64,000 bases of DNA from Methanobacteriota archaeon. GTDB taxonomy: Archaea; Thermoplasmatota; Thermoplasmata; SG8-5; JAGLSY01. Numbering within the stretch: position 1 is the first letter of the stretch; every line of letters begins with the position of its first letter. Below are positions 26,215 to 36,859 of the stretch, one piece after another. The stretch lies in NCBI GenBank assembly GCA_020697715.1, contig JAEHCO010000001.1, positions 64,001 to 128,000 on the forward strand. The letters are read 5' to 3'. The notes under the pieces are model-generated. The model saw only the letters and a list, made by a program, of their open reading frames with translations, was not told the DNA's origin and did no database searches. The position numbers and the translations under genes are program-made.

Positions 26215-27852
26215 ATGTTTGCAAGAAAATCATTTATCATCATGGTCACTCAGGCGATCGGCGCCATCATGGGAATGCTAGGGCTTCTCATCATAGCAAA
26301 AATATGGGGAGATTTTGCTACAACGGCATTGGGAGTGGTTGGATTTGGTATGGCATTTGTTGGAATGTTCTCTTTCATAACAGATCTAGGTTTTAATACC
26401 GCTCATGTAAAAAGAATATCAGAGGGTAAGGACCTGGGAACTTGCATTGGAACATTCATCTCAATAAAATTAATACTTACGGGTGTCATGGTCGCCATCG
26501 TAATTGGCGGCATGCTCATCTGGAAATATGTTTTGAATCAAGACTTCTATGATGCTACAAAGGAAAATATAATCTACATTTTCTTGATCTATTATGTACT
26601 TCTAAGTCTTTATCAGATAATGACCCTCACATTCAATGCAAAGATAGAGATCGCAAAAAGCCAGACATCTGCTGTCATGGATTCATTGGTCCGAGTGCCA
26701 TTGATGATCATTGTCGCACTTGCAGGTGTTACGGGCGCTTATATTGGAATAGATGGGCTCAGTAACGAAGTAAATATCACCGCGAAATATTCTTGGCCCT
26801 CATTCCTTCATCCATTACAGGATTTTTTGGCAAGCCATGCATTAGGAGCATTTGCTACTGCGTATTTACTAGGCGCTGCTGCAGTTTTTATAATGGCATT
26901 CATACAATTCCGTGGTTACCCTATTAAAAGACCAAGCAAAGAATATGCAAAAAGCTACATGCATTTTGCCCTGCCTATCATGTTTGTAACAACACTCACC
27001 GTGATCTCGGTTAATGTGGACAAGGTGATGATAGGGTATTTTTGGGCTGCTGAAGAGGTGGGATATTACTTCGCAGTACAGCGTATTTCCAATATGCTGA
27101 TAATGTTCTCCACCGGGATCAGTGTAGTTCTATTCCCTACGATATCAATGTATCATGTAAAGAAGAAATTTGGAGAGATCAGAGACACTACTCACAAAGC
27201 TGAAAGATATATCTCGATGATGATCGTTCCTCTGACCGTTTTTATAATTGTATTTAGTGGTGATATTATCAATATCGCCCTGAACAGTTCGTTCCAACCT
27301 GCGATCCACACCCTGCGTATCCTGGCAGTGTTCACATTGATCGCAGCATTAAGGATGCCGTATATTTATCTGGTCGTAGGGATGGATAAACCAGGCATCT
27401 CGGCCAAGATCCTAGCTACGGGCTGTGTCATTAATATCATTTTGAATTATCTTTTTATTCCAAGTTATGGGGTATTGAGTGGCTTTGACATTGTGGGCCA
27501 AAATGGTGCTGCTATTGCAACGACCATTTCAGTACTCATAACATTCATCATGTTCCGCTTCGCATCAAGGAAGCTTGTGGATACAAGGCTGTTTCAATCA
27601 CAGATCATTCTTCACATAGCTGCTGGTTCCATCATGGGAATTGTAATATATTTCTTGGGCTCGATGGTCGATCCTTTGAGATGGTATCACCTTACTTGCT
27701 TCGCCCTCATGGGTTTGGGATTATACTTCAGTGTGCTTTGGTTATTGAAGGAATTGAGAAAAGATGATATCAATATGGTCATGGATGCCATCAATCCAAA
27801 AGGGATCTTTCAATATTTTAAATCCGAATTGAGACCTGGAAAAGAAGAGTGA
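26215..27852 (+). CDS. MOP-superfamily oligosaccharide flippase
   Basis: ITDLGF, NVDKVMIGYF...VGYYFAVQRI, NGAAIAT; polytopic. Confidence 0.85.
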   Translation: MFARKSFIIMVTQAIGAIMGMLGLLIIAKIWGDFATTALGVVGFGMAFVGMFSFITDLGFNTAHVKRISEGKDLGTCIGTFISIKLILTGVMVAIVIGGMLIWKYVLNQDFYDATKENIIYIFLIYYVLLSLYQIMTLTFNAKIEIAKSQTSAVMDSLVRVPLMIIVALAGVTGAYIGIDGLSNEVNITAKYSWPSFLHPLQDFLASHALGAFATAYLLGAAAVFIMAFIQFRGYPIKRPSKEYAKSYMHFALPIMFVTTLTVISVNVDKVMIGYFWAAEEVGYYFAVQRISNMLIMFSTGISVVLFPTISMYHVKKKFGEIRDTTHKAERYISMMIVPLTVFIIVFSGDIINIALNSSFQPAIHTLRILAVFTLIAALRMPYIYLVVGMDKPGISAKILATGCVINIILNYLFIPSYGVLSGFDIVGQNGAAIATTISVLITFIMFRFASRKLVDTRLFQSQIILHIAAGSIMGIVIYFLGSMVDPLRWYHLTCFALMGLGLYFSVLWLLKELRKDDINMVMDAINPKGIFQYFKSELRPGKEE

Positions 27853-27861
27853 TATCCTTGC

Positions 27862-28992
27862 TCATAGGCCCTGTTCTCTGAGGCCAGATACAATGGACTG
27901 GCAAACATAGATTATATCGTCCTCTGACAGGTTATTATGAAAGGGAAGGGCCAGCGTGGAGCCTGCTATCGATTCACATACCGGGAAATCACCTTCAGCA
28001 AATCCAAATTCGGATCTGTAGAAGGGCTGAAGATGCAATGGCGAGAAATAAGGGCGCGTGTCAATGCCCACGGATGCCAGGTATTCCATCAATTTATTTC
28101 TGTCAGCATTGGCTGAAAGCCTTATGACATATACGAACCAGCTCATCTTCACTCCTGGAATAACATAAGGAATTTCAACATGCTCTTGCCCAGATAGATG
28201 GTCATTATAGGTCTCTGCAACTTTCTTCCTGAGTGCCAGCATATCCTCTAAGCGTCTTATTTGTCCCAGACCCAGGGCTGCACTGATCTCGTCCATGCGA
28301 TAGTTGTATCCAAGCCTCTCATGTGCCAGCCATATATTGCTTTCACTCCTGCCCTGATTCCTCATGCTCCGGCATAATTTGGCAACTTCATCATCATCAG
28401 TGACGACCATACCACCTTCACCTGTCGTCATCTGCTTATTGGGATAGAAAGCGAAGGTGCTGGCTAGCCCAAAGGTTCCTACTTTTTTATTCATGTACTC
28501 TGCACCAATGGCCTCACATGCGTCCTCGATGACCACGAGATCATGCTCTTCAGCTATCTTCATTATGGGGGCCATATCACATGGCTGTCCAAAGATATGA
28601 ACAGGCAAAATAGCCTTGGTCTTCTCTGTAATTTTTTCTTCGATTCCTGCAGGGTCCATATTCATTGTTAGTGGATCAATGTCCACAAACAATGGCACAC
28701 CCCTCTCGAATAATATGCAATTGCTGGATGATATGAAACTGAAGGGAGATGTTATCACCTCATCCCCATCCTTAAGACCAATGGCTCTCATGCACAGGTG
28801 AAGTGCGCTTGTACCACTATTGACTGCCACAGAATGCTTGCATCCAATATAATCAGCCAATTCTTTCTCAAAATCTGCCACATACGGCCCCATGCTCAGG
28901 TGCTTGGTTCTCAGAACATTATTGACCATTTCTATTTCCGACTCGGTTATATCGGGACTGGAGAGGGAAATTTTTCTGGGCATCGTGATCAC
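27862..28992 (-). CDS. DegT/DnrJ/EryC1/StrS sugar aminotransferase
   Basis: NSGTSALH, IEDACEA, FYPNKQMTTGEGG, GYNYRM. Confidence 0.94.
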   Translation of the reverse strand: MITMPRKISLSSPDITESEIEMVNNVLRTKHLSMGPYVADFEKELADYIGCKHSVAVNSGTSALHLCMRAIGLKDGDEVITSPFSFISSSNCILFERGVPLFVDIDPLTMNMDPAGIEEKITEKTKAILPVHIFGQPCDMAPIMKIAEEHDLVVIEDACEAIGAEYMNKKVGTFGLASTFAFYPNKQMTTGEGGMVVTDDDEVAKLCRSMRNQGRSESNIWLAHERLGYNYRMDEISAALGLGQIRRLEDMLALRKKVAETYNDHLSGQEHVEIPYVIPGVKMSWFVYVIRLSANADRNKLMEYLASVGIDTRPYFSPLHLQPFYRSEFGFAEGDFPVCESIAGSTLALPFHNNLSEDDIIYVCQSIVSGLREQGL

Positions 28993-30035
28993 CGATCATC
29001 ATTATTGGGAGCAGAGATATCTGTGACATCGGAGATCATGTCCTTGAGCTCCTCGACGGAAAGCAATCTAGCATCCCTAGAATTGTAATTGCCTATTTCC
29101 ACCTTTTTTGCTCCAGCTGGTAGGTATTTATTCGAGGTAGAAATAACATAGAGATTGCCAACATCATAAATATTATGGCTCTCGGTCTCATTGATGAGCT
29201 CCTCGTGTATCTTTTCACCATCCTCCATTGGCATGGTCTCTATCATGATATTGCCCCTGTCTATCTCATATTTCTCACAGCAATACATGATGACAGCTTC
29301 CATCATATCTCCAAGTCTGAATGTAGGCATTTTCAATACGAATATCTCTCCTCCATGTGCTTGGGAAGTGGCCTCCAGAACAAGACTAGCAGCATCTGAG
29401 ATCTTCATTATGAACCTTGTAACATCCGGTTCGGAGATCAGGAGCTTGCCCTTACCAATAACACGATTTATCATCATTGGAATGACAGATCCCCTGGAAT
29501 TAGCCACATTGCCGAACCTCACGCATGCGAATACCTGATCATCATCAGCCAAAGTGGTTCCATTTAGAGTGATCCTCTCGGCAATGAATTTACTGGCACC
29601 CATGACAGTGGTGGGGTTGGCTGCCTTGTCAGTACTGATTGTGATCATCTTTTTCACACCATATTTAAGTGCCAGATCTACCACATTTTCGGTACCCATT
29701 ATATTTGTCTTCACACACTCAGTTGGTTCCTTTTCAGAGACCACCACGTGCTTCATCGCGGCCGCGTGGTAAATGTAATCTATATCATGGCTGCTGAAGA
29801 CCTTCTCCGTGCTCCTGAAGTCCCTTACATCACCCATGATCATTTCGAGCCTATCATTCTCGATCTGCGACCTCATGATAAATTGCTTTATCTCATCACG
29901 GCTGTAGACAATGACCTTTTCCGGCTCCTTTTCAAGAAGCTGTCTAACGATCTCACTACCTATAGAGCCAGTTCCGCCTGTTACCAGGATGGTCTTTCCT
30001 TTCCAAATGCTCTGCATACTTTTCCCTCCTATCAA
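28989..30035 (-). CDS. UDP-GlcNAc 4,6-dehydratase-like SDR (CapE/WbjB/PglF type)
   Basis: TGGTGSIG, AAAMKHV, STDKA, MGASK, RFGNV..SRGSVIP. Confidence 0.9.
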   Translation of the reverse strand: MIGGKSMQSIWKGKTILVTGGTGSIGSEIVRQLLEKEPEKVIVYSRDEIKQFIMRSQIENDRLEMIMGDVRDFRSTEKVFSSHDIDYIYHAAAMKHVVVSEKEPTECVKTNIMGTENVVDLALKYGVKKMITISTDKAANPTTVMGASKFIAERITLNGTTLADDDQVFACVRFGNVANSRGSVIPMMINRVIGKGKLLISEPDVTRFIMKISDAASLVLEATSQAHGGEIFVLKMPTFRLGDMMEAVIMYCCEKYEIDRGNIMIETMPMEDGEKIHEELINETESHNIYDVGNLYVISTSNKYLPAGAKKVEIGNYNSRDARLLSVEELKDMISDVTDISAPNNDDR

Positions 30036-30703
30036 TATGATCTTTCGTAAATTAATTTGAAGGCCTCTGCCGCCTCCATGCCTACCATTGTTCCACGATT
30101 GCGTGCCAGAGCCTCGATGTTCTCCAAGGATCTGGGGTGGGGGAATTTCTTCACCTCTAGCTCATAGGCAGCCATGGCCTCCAGCTTCTTCTCCAAAGTG
30201 CTGCTTATGTCAAAGAACACATTGGGTGTGAAAGGAGTATCCAACATCATACTTCCCCACTCTGTGGATGATGGTAATTCATATGTAAGAAGTCTTTTCA
30301 CCGTGTTACCTGGCCGGGGCCTGGTTGCCACCATCGTTGCCTCATGGACAATGCGATGGTCCATGTTTATATCTGTCTGGCTAGTGGTATAAACTATATC
30401 TGGTTTGACCTTGTTGATCAATTGCTGTAATAGATCATTCAGCTGAACCTTGGGAATAGTATCAAGTTTCACTGCCGGAAGTTCGAGAAAATGAACTTCC
30501 GAAAAACCAAGTATCTGGCTTGCCTTAATAGCTTCCTTCCTGCGCAGGGCGAACTCCTCTTTTGTTATGAGTGGCTCATAACCCGCGGTCACGATACATA
30601 GTTCTGCCGTGGCTCCATCGGCCACCATCTTGGCAATTGTTCCTCCAACACCCATGGTCTCATCATCAGGGTGCGCGCCTATTACCAGAATTTTATCATT
30701 CAT
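30032..30703 (-). CDS. PIG-L/LmbE-family deacetylase
   Basis: AHPDDE..GVGG, D..MDH, AEAF. Confidence 0.9.
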   Translation of the reverse strand: MNDKILVIGAHPDDETMGVGGTIAKMVADGATAELCIVTAGYEPLITKEEFALRRKEAIKASQILGFSEVHFLELPAVKLDTIPKVQLNDLLQQLINKVKPDIVYTTSQTDINMDHRIVHEATMVATRPRPGNTVKRLLTYELPSSTEWGSMMLDTPFTPNVFFDISSTLEKKLEAMAAYELEVKKFPHPRSLENIEALARNRGTMVGMEAAEAFKLIYERSY

Positions 30704-30709
30704 TATGAA

Positions 30710-31615
30710 TCACTCCATTTCATCCAGTGCCTTGAAGTCACTTGGAATTATCGAACTGAATGGTTTATCGGTGAAGAACTTCACCGCTCTGAACCTTAAA
30801 TAATCTCTGAAGTCCTCGGAATATATATCTGGAATACCTTCAATGGTTTTTGTTTCTGAATGGAAGACCAGTTCACCTCCATCTGGAGAGGTATAATGGA
30901 TATCAAGTCCTTTCCTTTGGATTGCTGGTTTGAATCCTTTTCCCTTGACGATCTCCATATAATCCAGTATCAATGCATCCAGGAGTTCTTCCTTCTGTTC
31001 ATTACTGAATTTCGGAGGGTATATGTTCTCCTTCACAACCTTGCCTGGCATACCTGCGAAGAAACAACCACCCGGCACGTTCCTATTGGCAATGGTATTG
31101 TTTCCGATTATGACATGATCACCAACAGTAACCCCTGGCATAATTGTCGAGTGCGCGGTTATCCAAACATGATCACCGATCTTGACCGGACCCGATGTAT
31201 AAGGATATCCAGCAAAGACATCCATGAAACTTCCATGTGTCCAAATATCCACATACTGGCCTATACCGACATCATTTCCGATCTCAACATCATCATTACA
31301 GTTAATTCTGGTATTCTGAAGGATCAGGTTCTCATTACCGATCCGTATATTCTGGGAATGGGAGTTGGAAGCACCCTCGATCAATACGCCATCGATATAA
31401 TTATTGCTTCCAATGGCCGCATTCCTACAGAATATCTGTGTGTTCTTGATAACAGAGGCCGTTCCGATCTCCAGCCTACCGGCGACCTTGGCAATGAAGC
31501 CTTTGCCGATAATAACATTCTCACCGATGATTATGTGTGAGGCGCAAATATCGGCCCCTGGGTCAATTCTTGCTGACTCCGCGATGTCCACCTGGTTTCC
31601 CTTGACCGTCATCAT
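30710..31615 (-). CDS. Hexapeptide-repeat (left-handed beta-helix) acyltransferase
   Basis: IGENVIIG, WTH, PVKIGDHVWI...GMPGK. Confidence 0.85.
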   Translation of the reverse strand: MMTVKGNQVDIAESARIDPGADICASHIIIGENVIIGKGFIAKVAGRLEIGTASVIKNTQIFCRNAAIGSNNYIDGVLIEGASNSHSQNIRIGNENLILQNTRINCNDDVEIGNDVGIGQYVDIWTHGSFMDVFAGYPYTSGPVKIGDHVWITAHSTIMPGVTVGDHVIIGNNTIANRNVPGGCFFAGMPGKVVKENIYPPKFSNEQKEELLDALILDYMEIVKGKGFKPAIQRKGLDIHYTSPDGGELVFHSETKTIEGIPDIYSEDFRDYLRFRAVKFFTDKPFSSIIPSDFKALDEME

Positions 31616-31814
31616 CTCTTGGATATATATCTAGGTTTTAAATGTTTCCTTTTAGGCATGGCTGGTTCATAACACTTGAGGGTATGGCCTATTTAAGATA
31701 GGCAAAAGCCCAGAAGGACATAGAGTTATCTTTTGACAGTGTGGTGGTGCTTAGAGGCAAATAGTGATTGAAGTATAGAAGAGGATATTGAATTAATCTG
31801 CAATATCGCCTATA

Positions 31815-32624
31815 TCATTTTTTGTTGATCCTGATGTTCATGGCATTCACGAATTCATCGATCTCTTCTTGGGTCAATTGTCTTATTACCTTTGCAGGAC
31901 TTCCAAATGCCAAGACCCTTTCAGGTATTTGCTTTGTTACAAGAGTATTGGCTCCGATCATACTATATTTCCCAACTTTTGTTTCAGCCATCAATAAACT
32001 CCCAGTCCCTATTCTTACATAGTCATCGATGAAGGGGCCATAGGTGATCTTTCCAGGTATTGTATATTTATTTTCACTAAATGACAAAAATCCACCGAAG
32101 AATACTCCATTGCCTATTTTCATAGCCTGACAGGTGACGATCAGCTCACTTATTATTGTTCCATTTCCAATTATCGTGTATCCATCCAATTCAGTGTGCC
32201 CACCAACTATACAATTATCTCCAATTGTCAGATGCTCCCTAATGATGGCATTGTGCCCAGTATTAAGATTTTTACCAATATTCGTAGATCTATAAATTAC
32301 AGTTCCGCTTCTAATGATTGCTCCAGAGCCTATTATAGTTCTTGGATCACCAACTTCAAATTCTTTCAATATTGGGCAAATATCAGATGAATTGATCCCA
32401 GTCTGTGTTTCTTTCGAAGGATGGCCCAATGTAACTCTTTCGCCAATGATGGATTTGGGAGAAACTTCAACTCCTGGCTGTATTGTAGAGAGATCACCAA
32501 TTTTTGACCCTTTACCAATTTTTGTTGGAAAATCTTCACTACCTTTAATAATGCAGTAGTTTCCAATTTCCACATCATCTTCAATTTCAACTTCTCCCTC
32601 AATGATAGCTCCTTTTCCCATCAT
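31815..32624 (-). CDS. Hexapeptide-repeat acyltransferase; frame extends upstream across a TGA to ATG 32750
   Basis: LGHP, IIRSGTVIY, TGHNAIIRE, GSPAK; upstream in-frame ...RNIDIGDK*MMGKG. Confidence 0.82.
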   Translation of the reverse strand: MMGKGAIIEGEVEIEDDVEIGNYCIIKGSEDFPTKIGKGSKIGDLSTIQPGVEVSPKSIIGERVTLGHPSKETQTGINSSDICPILKEFEVGDPRTIIGSGAIIRSGTVIYRSTNIGKNLNTGHNAIIREHLTIGDNCIVGGHTELDGYTIIGNGTIISELIVTCQAMKIGNGVFFGGFLSFSENKYTIPGKITYGPFIDDYVRIGTGSLLMAETKVGKYSMIGANTLVTKQIPERVLAFGSPAKVIRQLTQEEIDEFVNAMNIRINKK

Positions 32625-32810
32625 TCATTTGTCTCCTATGTCTATATTCCTACAAAAAAATTGATCATCCTTTAATGAAGTGGTAATATCTGAATATCTA
32701 TGGACCATCTCTGAGGGTGAAATGTCAATATGTTTTCCATTCATAGCCATACTTTCAACACTTCATCTTATTATACTGTATTTATACTTATCTAAAGTGT
32801 CTAATTCTAA

Positions 32811-33809
32811 TTATTTATAATCACCAAATACATAAACTTTGATAAGTCGTAATTTTGAGAGCAAATACATACCTGGGATGAATATACATATGATGAGGAA
32901 AAGATTGATGACATAAAACATCATCAAGCTCACATTATCCAATATGTATCTATAAGCCAGTAAATAGACCATATAATGCCATAGATATATCGGAAGGGAA
33001 TATTGCCCCATCCATTCGATGAATTTGCTTAAAGAACTTTTGATCCTGCTAAAGAGATCCAAGGTCAAGAAGATCAGGAATACGTTCAATAGAACAAAGA
33101 CGATATCTGAATTGTAAAAATAATCGGTGGGGCGGTAAAGCATTATTCTGGCAGTGATCAGTGTTATCAATGCGATAAAAAATATCAAGCTTATATTCTT
33201 GGGTATATTTTCTTTAAGATGATTCCTATAGAAGAATCCTATGTAGAAAAATATGAAATAGCTGATGATTCTGGTCCATACTGGTTTAATGACATTAAAG
33301 GGGCCGCTCAATCCAGTATGGAAATATTCCCACTTTAGCACCACGAGCCAAATTATCGAAATGGCTAAAAATGCAATGAGCATTATTTTCTCTGAGATCT
33401 TGATTTTCAAGGATATCCACAAGATGAAGATCATACCCAGCAAGGCAGGTATGTACCAAAGGTGGCCGTATGGCACTAGCAGATGTAGAATAAAGGCAGT
33501 TAAGCCCATCTGAATTGCCGGGTCGATCAGAGCCAGGACGAGATAAAATGATATTACCGCGATCAAAAATGGTATGATGATTCTTCTCAGATATTTTTTG
33601 ATGATATCTTTGAGACTGATACTTTCCAACTGTTTCTTTTTAATTAAGAATCCAGATACAGATAAGAACAATGGAATATGGAAGGAATATATCATATACT
33701 TTAAAAAATTTGAGAGGTCTTGCTGCTGCAGGACATGCCCAATTATGACCAATAGGATAAGGAGGCCTTTCAATAGGTCAATTCCATAATAGTGTTTTTT
33801 GTCTTTCAT
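32811..33809 (-). CDS. Acyltransferase family 3 membrane O-acyltransferase
   Basis: IDLLKGLLILLVIIGH, SFHIPLF..VSG, HLWYI, SLPIYLWH. Confidence 0.9.
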   Translation of the reverse strand: MKDKKHYYGIDLLKGLLILLVIIGHVLQQQDLSNFLKYMIYSFHIPLFLSVSGFLIKKKQLESISLKDIIKKYLRRIIIPFLIAVISFYLVLALIDPAIQMGLTAFILHLLVPYGHLWYIPALLGMIFILWISLKIKISEKIMLIAFLAISIIWLVVLKWEYFHTGLSGPFNVIKPVWTRIISYFIFFYIGFFYRNHLKENIPKNISLIFFIALITLITARIMLYRPTDYFYNSDIVFVLLNVFLIFLTLDLFSRIKSSLSKFIEWMGQYSLPIYLWHYMVYLLAYRYILDNVSLMMFYVINLFLIICIFIPGMYLLSKLRLIKVYVFGDYK

Positions 33810-33888
33810 CTTACCCCTGGATCCTTATTTATGATCGTCATATACCTAATGCCAGTGAATTATTCCAGGCATGGCTTTGTATGGTGTG

Positions 33889-35010
33889 TTAAGTTTTAAG
33901 TTTTTCCTTGTCAGAGGTTATCAAAGCCATGTAAAGGTCCTCGGTGGACCCTGCATTCTTCTGCCAGGATTCCGTAGCTGCAACCAGTTCTTTATTGATC
34001 TGGTAGAATGACCCTTTGATCTCTGGATGAGAAATATAATGAATGATCATTTTTACAATTTCATCCTTATTGTCGATATCGACCAAAAGGCCATTTTCCA
34101 TATGTGTCAGCTTCTCACTGTGTATGGCGATATCACTTGCTAACTGAACACAGCCGCAATTCATGGACTCAAGTAGGACTGCACCGAACTGGCCGTATGC
34201 GACGAAGGATGTTGAAATATCAGACATGTTCAAGTAGATGGCCAATTCTTTGGGCTCCAGCAATCTCTCCACGAAACGAACATTGGCCATGATATCTAGT
34301 TCCTTGGCGCGATGTTTTATCTGATTCTCATAAGGGGTCTTTTGACCACCTCTTAGGAAAATGAAATATATGTTCGGATATTCTATCAAAATATCCGGTA
34401 TAGCTTCAATAAAAAGATGATTGCCATATACTTCCTGCATCCCCCTTGGGCTGATCACAATGGCCGCATTATCCGGGATGTCCATCTCTTTTCTGAGGGA
34501 AGAGGACTCTTTTTCATAGCCCCTGTGAAAGGTATCGGTATCAATACCCCAGCGAACTTGCTTTAATTTGTCTCCCAGGGAGTATTCATTTTGGAGGGTG
34601 TCGTACATGTTCTGGGTCATACAGGTGATCACATCCGCGGCTTCAAGTGTCCTTTTAGCTGTTTTACGGACTCCCTTGGACTTATTGGGCAGGCCAAATA
34701 TATCGCTTCCCCAAGCGGTGACAATGAATGGATGGAAGCCAGACAGTGCACCATACATCCCATATCCTAAAACCTGATGCGCATGCAGTATATCTGGTTC
34801 GATCTCCTTGATGATCTTCTTTATAGAGCTCTTAATTTTAGGTCTGGGTATGAAAAACCCTTTATCTATCGGAACATGATGTATGGTCACTCCTTCTATT
34901 GGCTCACATTCGGGCGTGATCAAATGAATCTCATGTCCCTTCCGTAGGAACCATTTTGCCCATCTGACCGTGTGTATCGATCCACCATTAGCGATATAAC
35001 ATATTTTCAT
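33889..35010 (-). CDS. GT4 glycosyltransferase
   Basis: SIHTVRW, PDILHAH, WGSDI, FGAVLLESMNCG. Confidence 0.88.
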   Translation of the reverse strand: MKICYIANGGSIHTVRWAKWFLRKGHEIHLITPECEPIEGVTIHHVPIDKGFFIPRPKIKSSIKKIIKEIEPDILHAHQVLGYGMYGALSGFHPFIVTAWGSDIFGLPNKSKGVRKTAKRTLEAADVITCMTQNMYDTLQNEYSLGDKLKQVRWGIDTDTFHRGYEKESSSLRKEMDIPDNAAIVISPRGMQEVYGNHLFIEAIPDILIEYPNIYFIFLRGGQKTPYENQIKHRAKELDIMANVRFVERLLEPKELAIYLNMSDISTSFVAYGQFGAVLLESMNCGCVQLASDIAIHSEKLTHMENGLLVDIDNKDEIVKMIIHYISHPEIKGSFYQINKELVAATESWQKNAGSTEDLYMALITSDKEKLKT

Positions 35011-35076
35011 TTGATTCCACTACTTCTTTAAACTATAATGATAATTAAAATTATGTATCATAGAGATACCAATGGA

Positions 35077-36225
35077 TCAATGAAGCTTTGAGTAGGCTTC
35101 GACCAGTCTATTCGACATCTCCTTCCAATTGTACTTCATCTCTGCCGCCTGCCTCCCATTGACCTGCATTTGAGAAAGGAGATCCTTGTCATTGGATATC
35201 CTGTTCACACCCTTTAAGAAATCTTTTTCAGAATAGCCAACTGCGAGGCCAACCTTCTCTTGCGTGACGATGTCACCACTCAATATTCCCCTTGTAACGA
35301 TTATCGGTTTTCCATTGGCCATGGCCTCGAATAATTTATTGGGAGTGCCGATCTGATTATTCAGATCCGCTGGATTGAACATGCAGAGAACCATGTCAGA
35401 TGCCGATGTGTATGGCATCACTTTATCAGAGGGAATACGGCCAAGAAACTTGACATTGGCCATTCCTTCAGATTTCTTTTTGATCTCATCTTCCAGAGTT
35501 CCATAGCCTCCTATCAGGAGTACGATTTCTTTGTCCTTGCTCCCTTTCATAGCTTCGATAGATTCCAATAAGAAACGATCCTTCTCTAGAACTCCGATAT
35601 ATATGATCACGAATTGATCTTCAATACCAAATTCCTTCCTGATATCCAGCCTATTGAGTTCACCAGCATCTGGAAGGAGCGGGCAGTTCATGACGACAAT
35701 GGGCTTTTTTCCCGATGGCTCCAGCATCTTCTGCAGTTTGTCATTCACGGTTATGATAATATCCGCCTTAGATGACAGCCAGCGCTCTACTCGATCTATA
35801 AGTTTGATTATCCACATAGATGGGGATGTGCCAGATATCATTCTGGAATAACTCTCATGGGCATCATACACAAGTGGTATCTTCTTTTGTCGGCTGATCT
35901 TGACACCCAGAAACAGAGTGTCAAGGTCATGGGCATGGACTATATCGATATCCATCTTCTTAGTATGAGATCTAGTCCTCTTCCAAAACCTTGGCAGATT
36001 TATCAGATGATCGAAGAAAGAATCATAGCCAGACTCAGGTCCGAATCTCTTTATGCTAATGCCGTCGACCACCTCTTCCTCCGGGGATGCCATATCTCTA
36101 TCCCAGGCTATGATCGATACCTTATATCCTGCTTCTGTCAGGGACCTGGCTTCCTTGTGAACTCTGGGGTCTGGCCTGAAGGGATTCGTCAGTAACATCA
36201 GTACATGTTTTGGCTTGCCTGCCAT
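35077..36225 (-). CDS. GT4 glycosyltransferase (start reassigned to ATG 36225; paralogue of 25033..26172)
   Basis: DPRVHKEA, VHAHD, YDAHE, PNKLFEAMANGKP; the track's longer N-terminus is antisense of the next gene. Confidence 0.88.
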   Translation of the reverse strand: MAGKPKHVLMLLTNPFRPDPRVHKEARSLTEAGYKVSIIAWDRDMASPEEEVVDGISIKRFGPESGYDSFFDHLINLPRFWKRTRSHTKKMDIDIVHAHDLDTLFLGVKISRQKKIPLVYDAHESYSRMISGTSPSMWIIKLIDRVERWLSSKADIIITVNDKLQKMLEPSGKKPIVVMNCPLLPDAGELNRLDIRKEFGIEDQFVIIYIGVLEKDRFLLESIEAMKGSKDKEIVLLIGGYGTLEDEIKKKSEGMANVKFLGRIPSDKVMPYTSASDMVLCMFNPADLNNQIGTPNKLFEAMANGKPIIVTRGILSGDIVTQEKVGLAVGYSEKDFLKGVNRISNDKDLLSQMQVNGRQAAEMKYNWKEMSNRLVEAYSKLH

Positions 36226-36340
36226 AAATAGCCCATTGTATTGGATATTAAATATCTTTTGATTGCTCGATACAACACTAGCTTGAGAGAAATTAGTTAA
36301 ATCATGTGAAATGTTTTTATCACCCCGCGACCATGAGGGG

Positions 36341-36859
36341 GTGATGATCATCGCGATAACCGGCACACCAGGAGTTGGGAAGACCAGCGTGCTTTCCGAG
36401 CCCATCCTTCAAGGACGCGGGTACGAGATAGTCAGTGTGGAGGAACTGGCCACACAACACTGGGCGATCTCCGGAAAGGAGTTGCGGGAAGTGGATGTCG
36501 ATCTGCTCGCCTCCAAGATGGAAAAGACCGAGAGAACTGTCCTACTGGACGGCCATCTATCTCATTATCTCAGGCCAGATATCTGCATCGTGCTGAGATG
36601 TGATCCGCGGATCCTGAAGAAAAGATTGGAAGAACGGGATTATCCAGAGCAGAAGGTGCGCGATAATGTGGAGGCCGAGGCCATTGATCTTGTTCTGATA
36701 GAATCAATAGAGCTCAATGAAAAGGTTTATGAGATAGACAATACTGACATATCCTCGGACAAAGTAGCGGAGATGATAATAAGCATCATCTCAGGCAATG
36801 ACGAGGGATATGAGCCAGGCAAGGTCAATTGGAGCGAGGTGATAATGGAATGGTACTAG
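36341..36859 (+). CDS. Adenylate kinase, archaeal AK6/Fap7 family
   Basis: ITGTPGVGKT, DGHLSH, RLEERDY..KV.DN.EAE. Confidence 0.9.
   Translation: MMIIAITGTPGVGKTSVLSEPILQGRGYEIVSVEELATQHWAISGKELREVDVDLLASKMEKTERTVLLDGHLSHYLRPDICIVLRCDPRILKKRLEERDYPEQKVRDNVEAEAIDLVLIESIELNEKVYEIDNTDISSDKVAEMIISIISGNDEGYEPGKVNWSEVIMEWY

Noticed and set aside
36226-36405. Long N-terminus of the 442-aa GT4 ORF
   Set aside because: Overlaps adenylate kinase on the opposite strand; GT4 similarity starts at MAGKPKH (36225)
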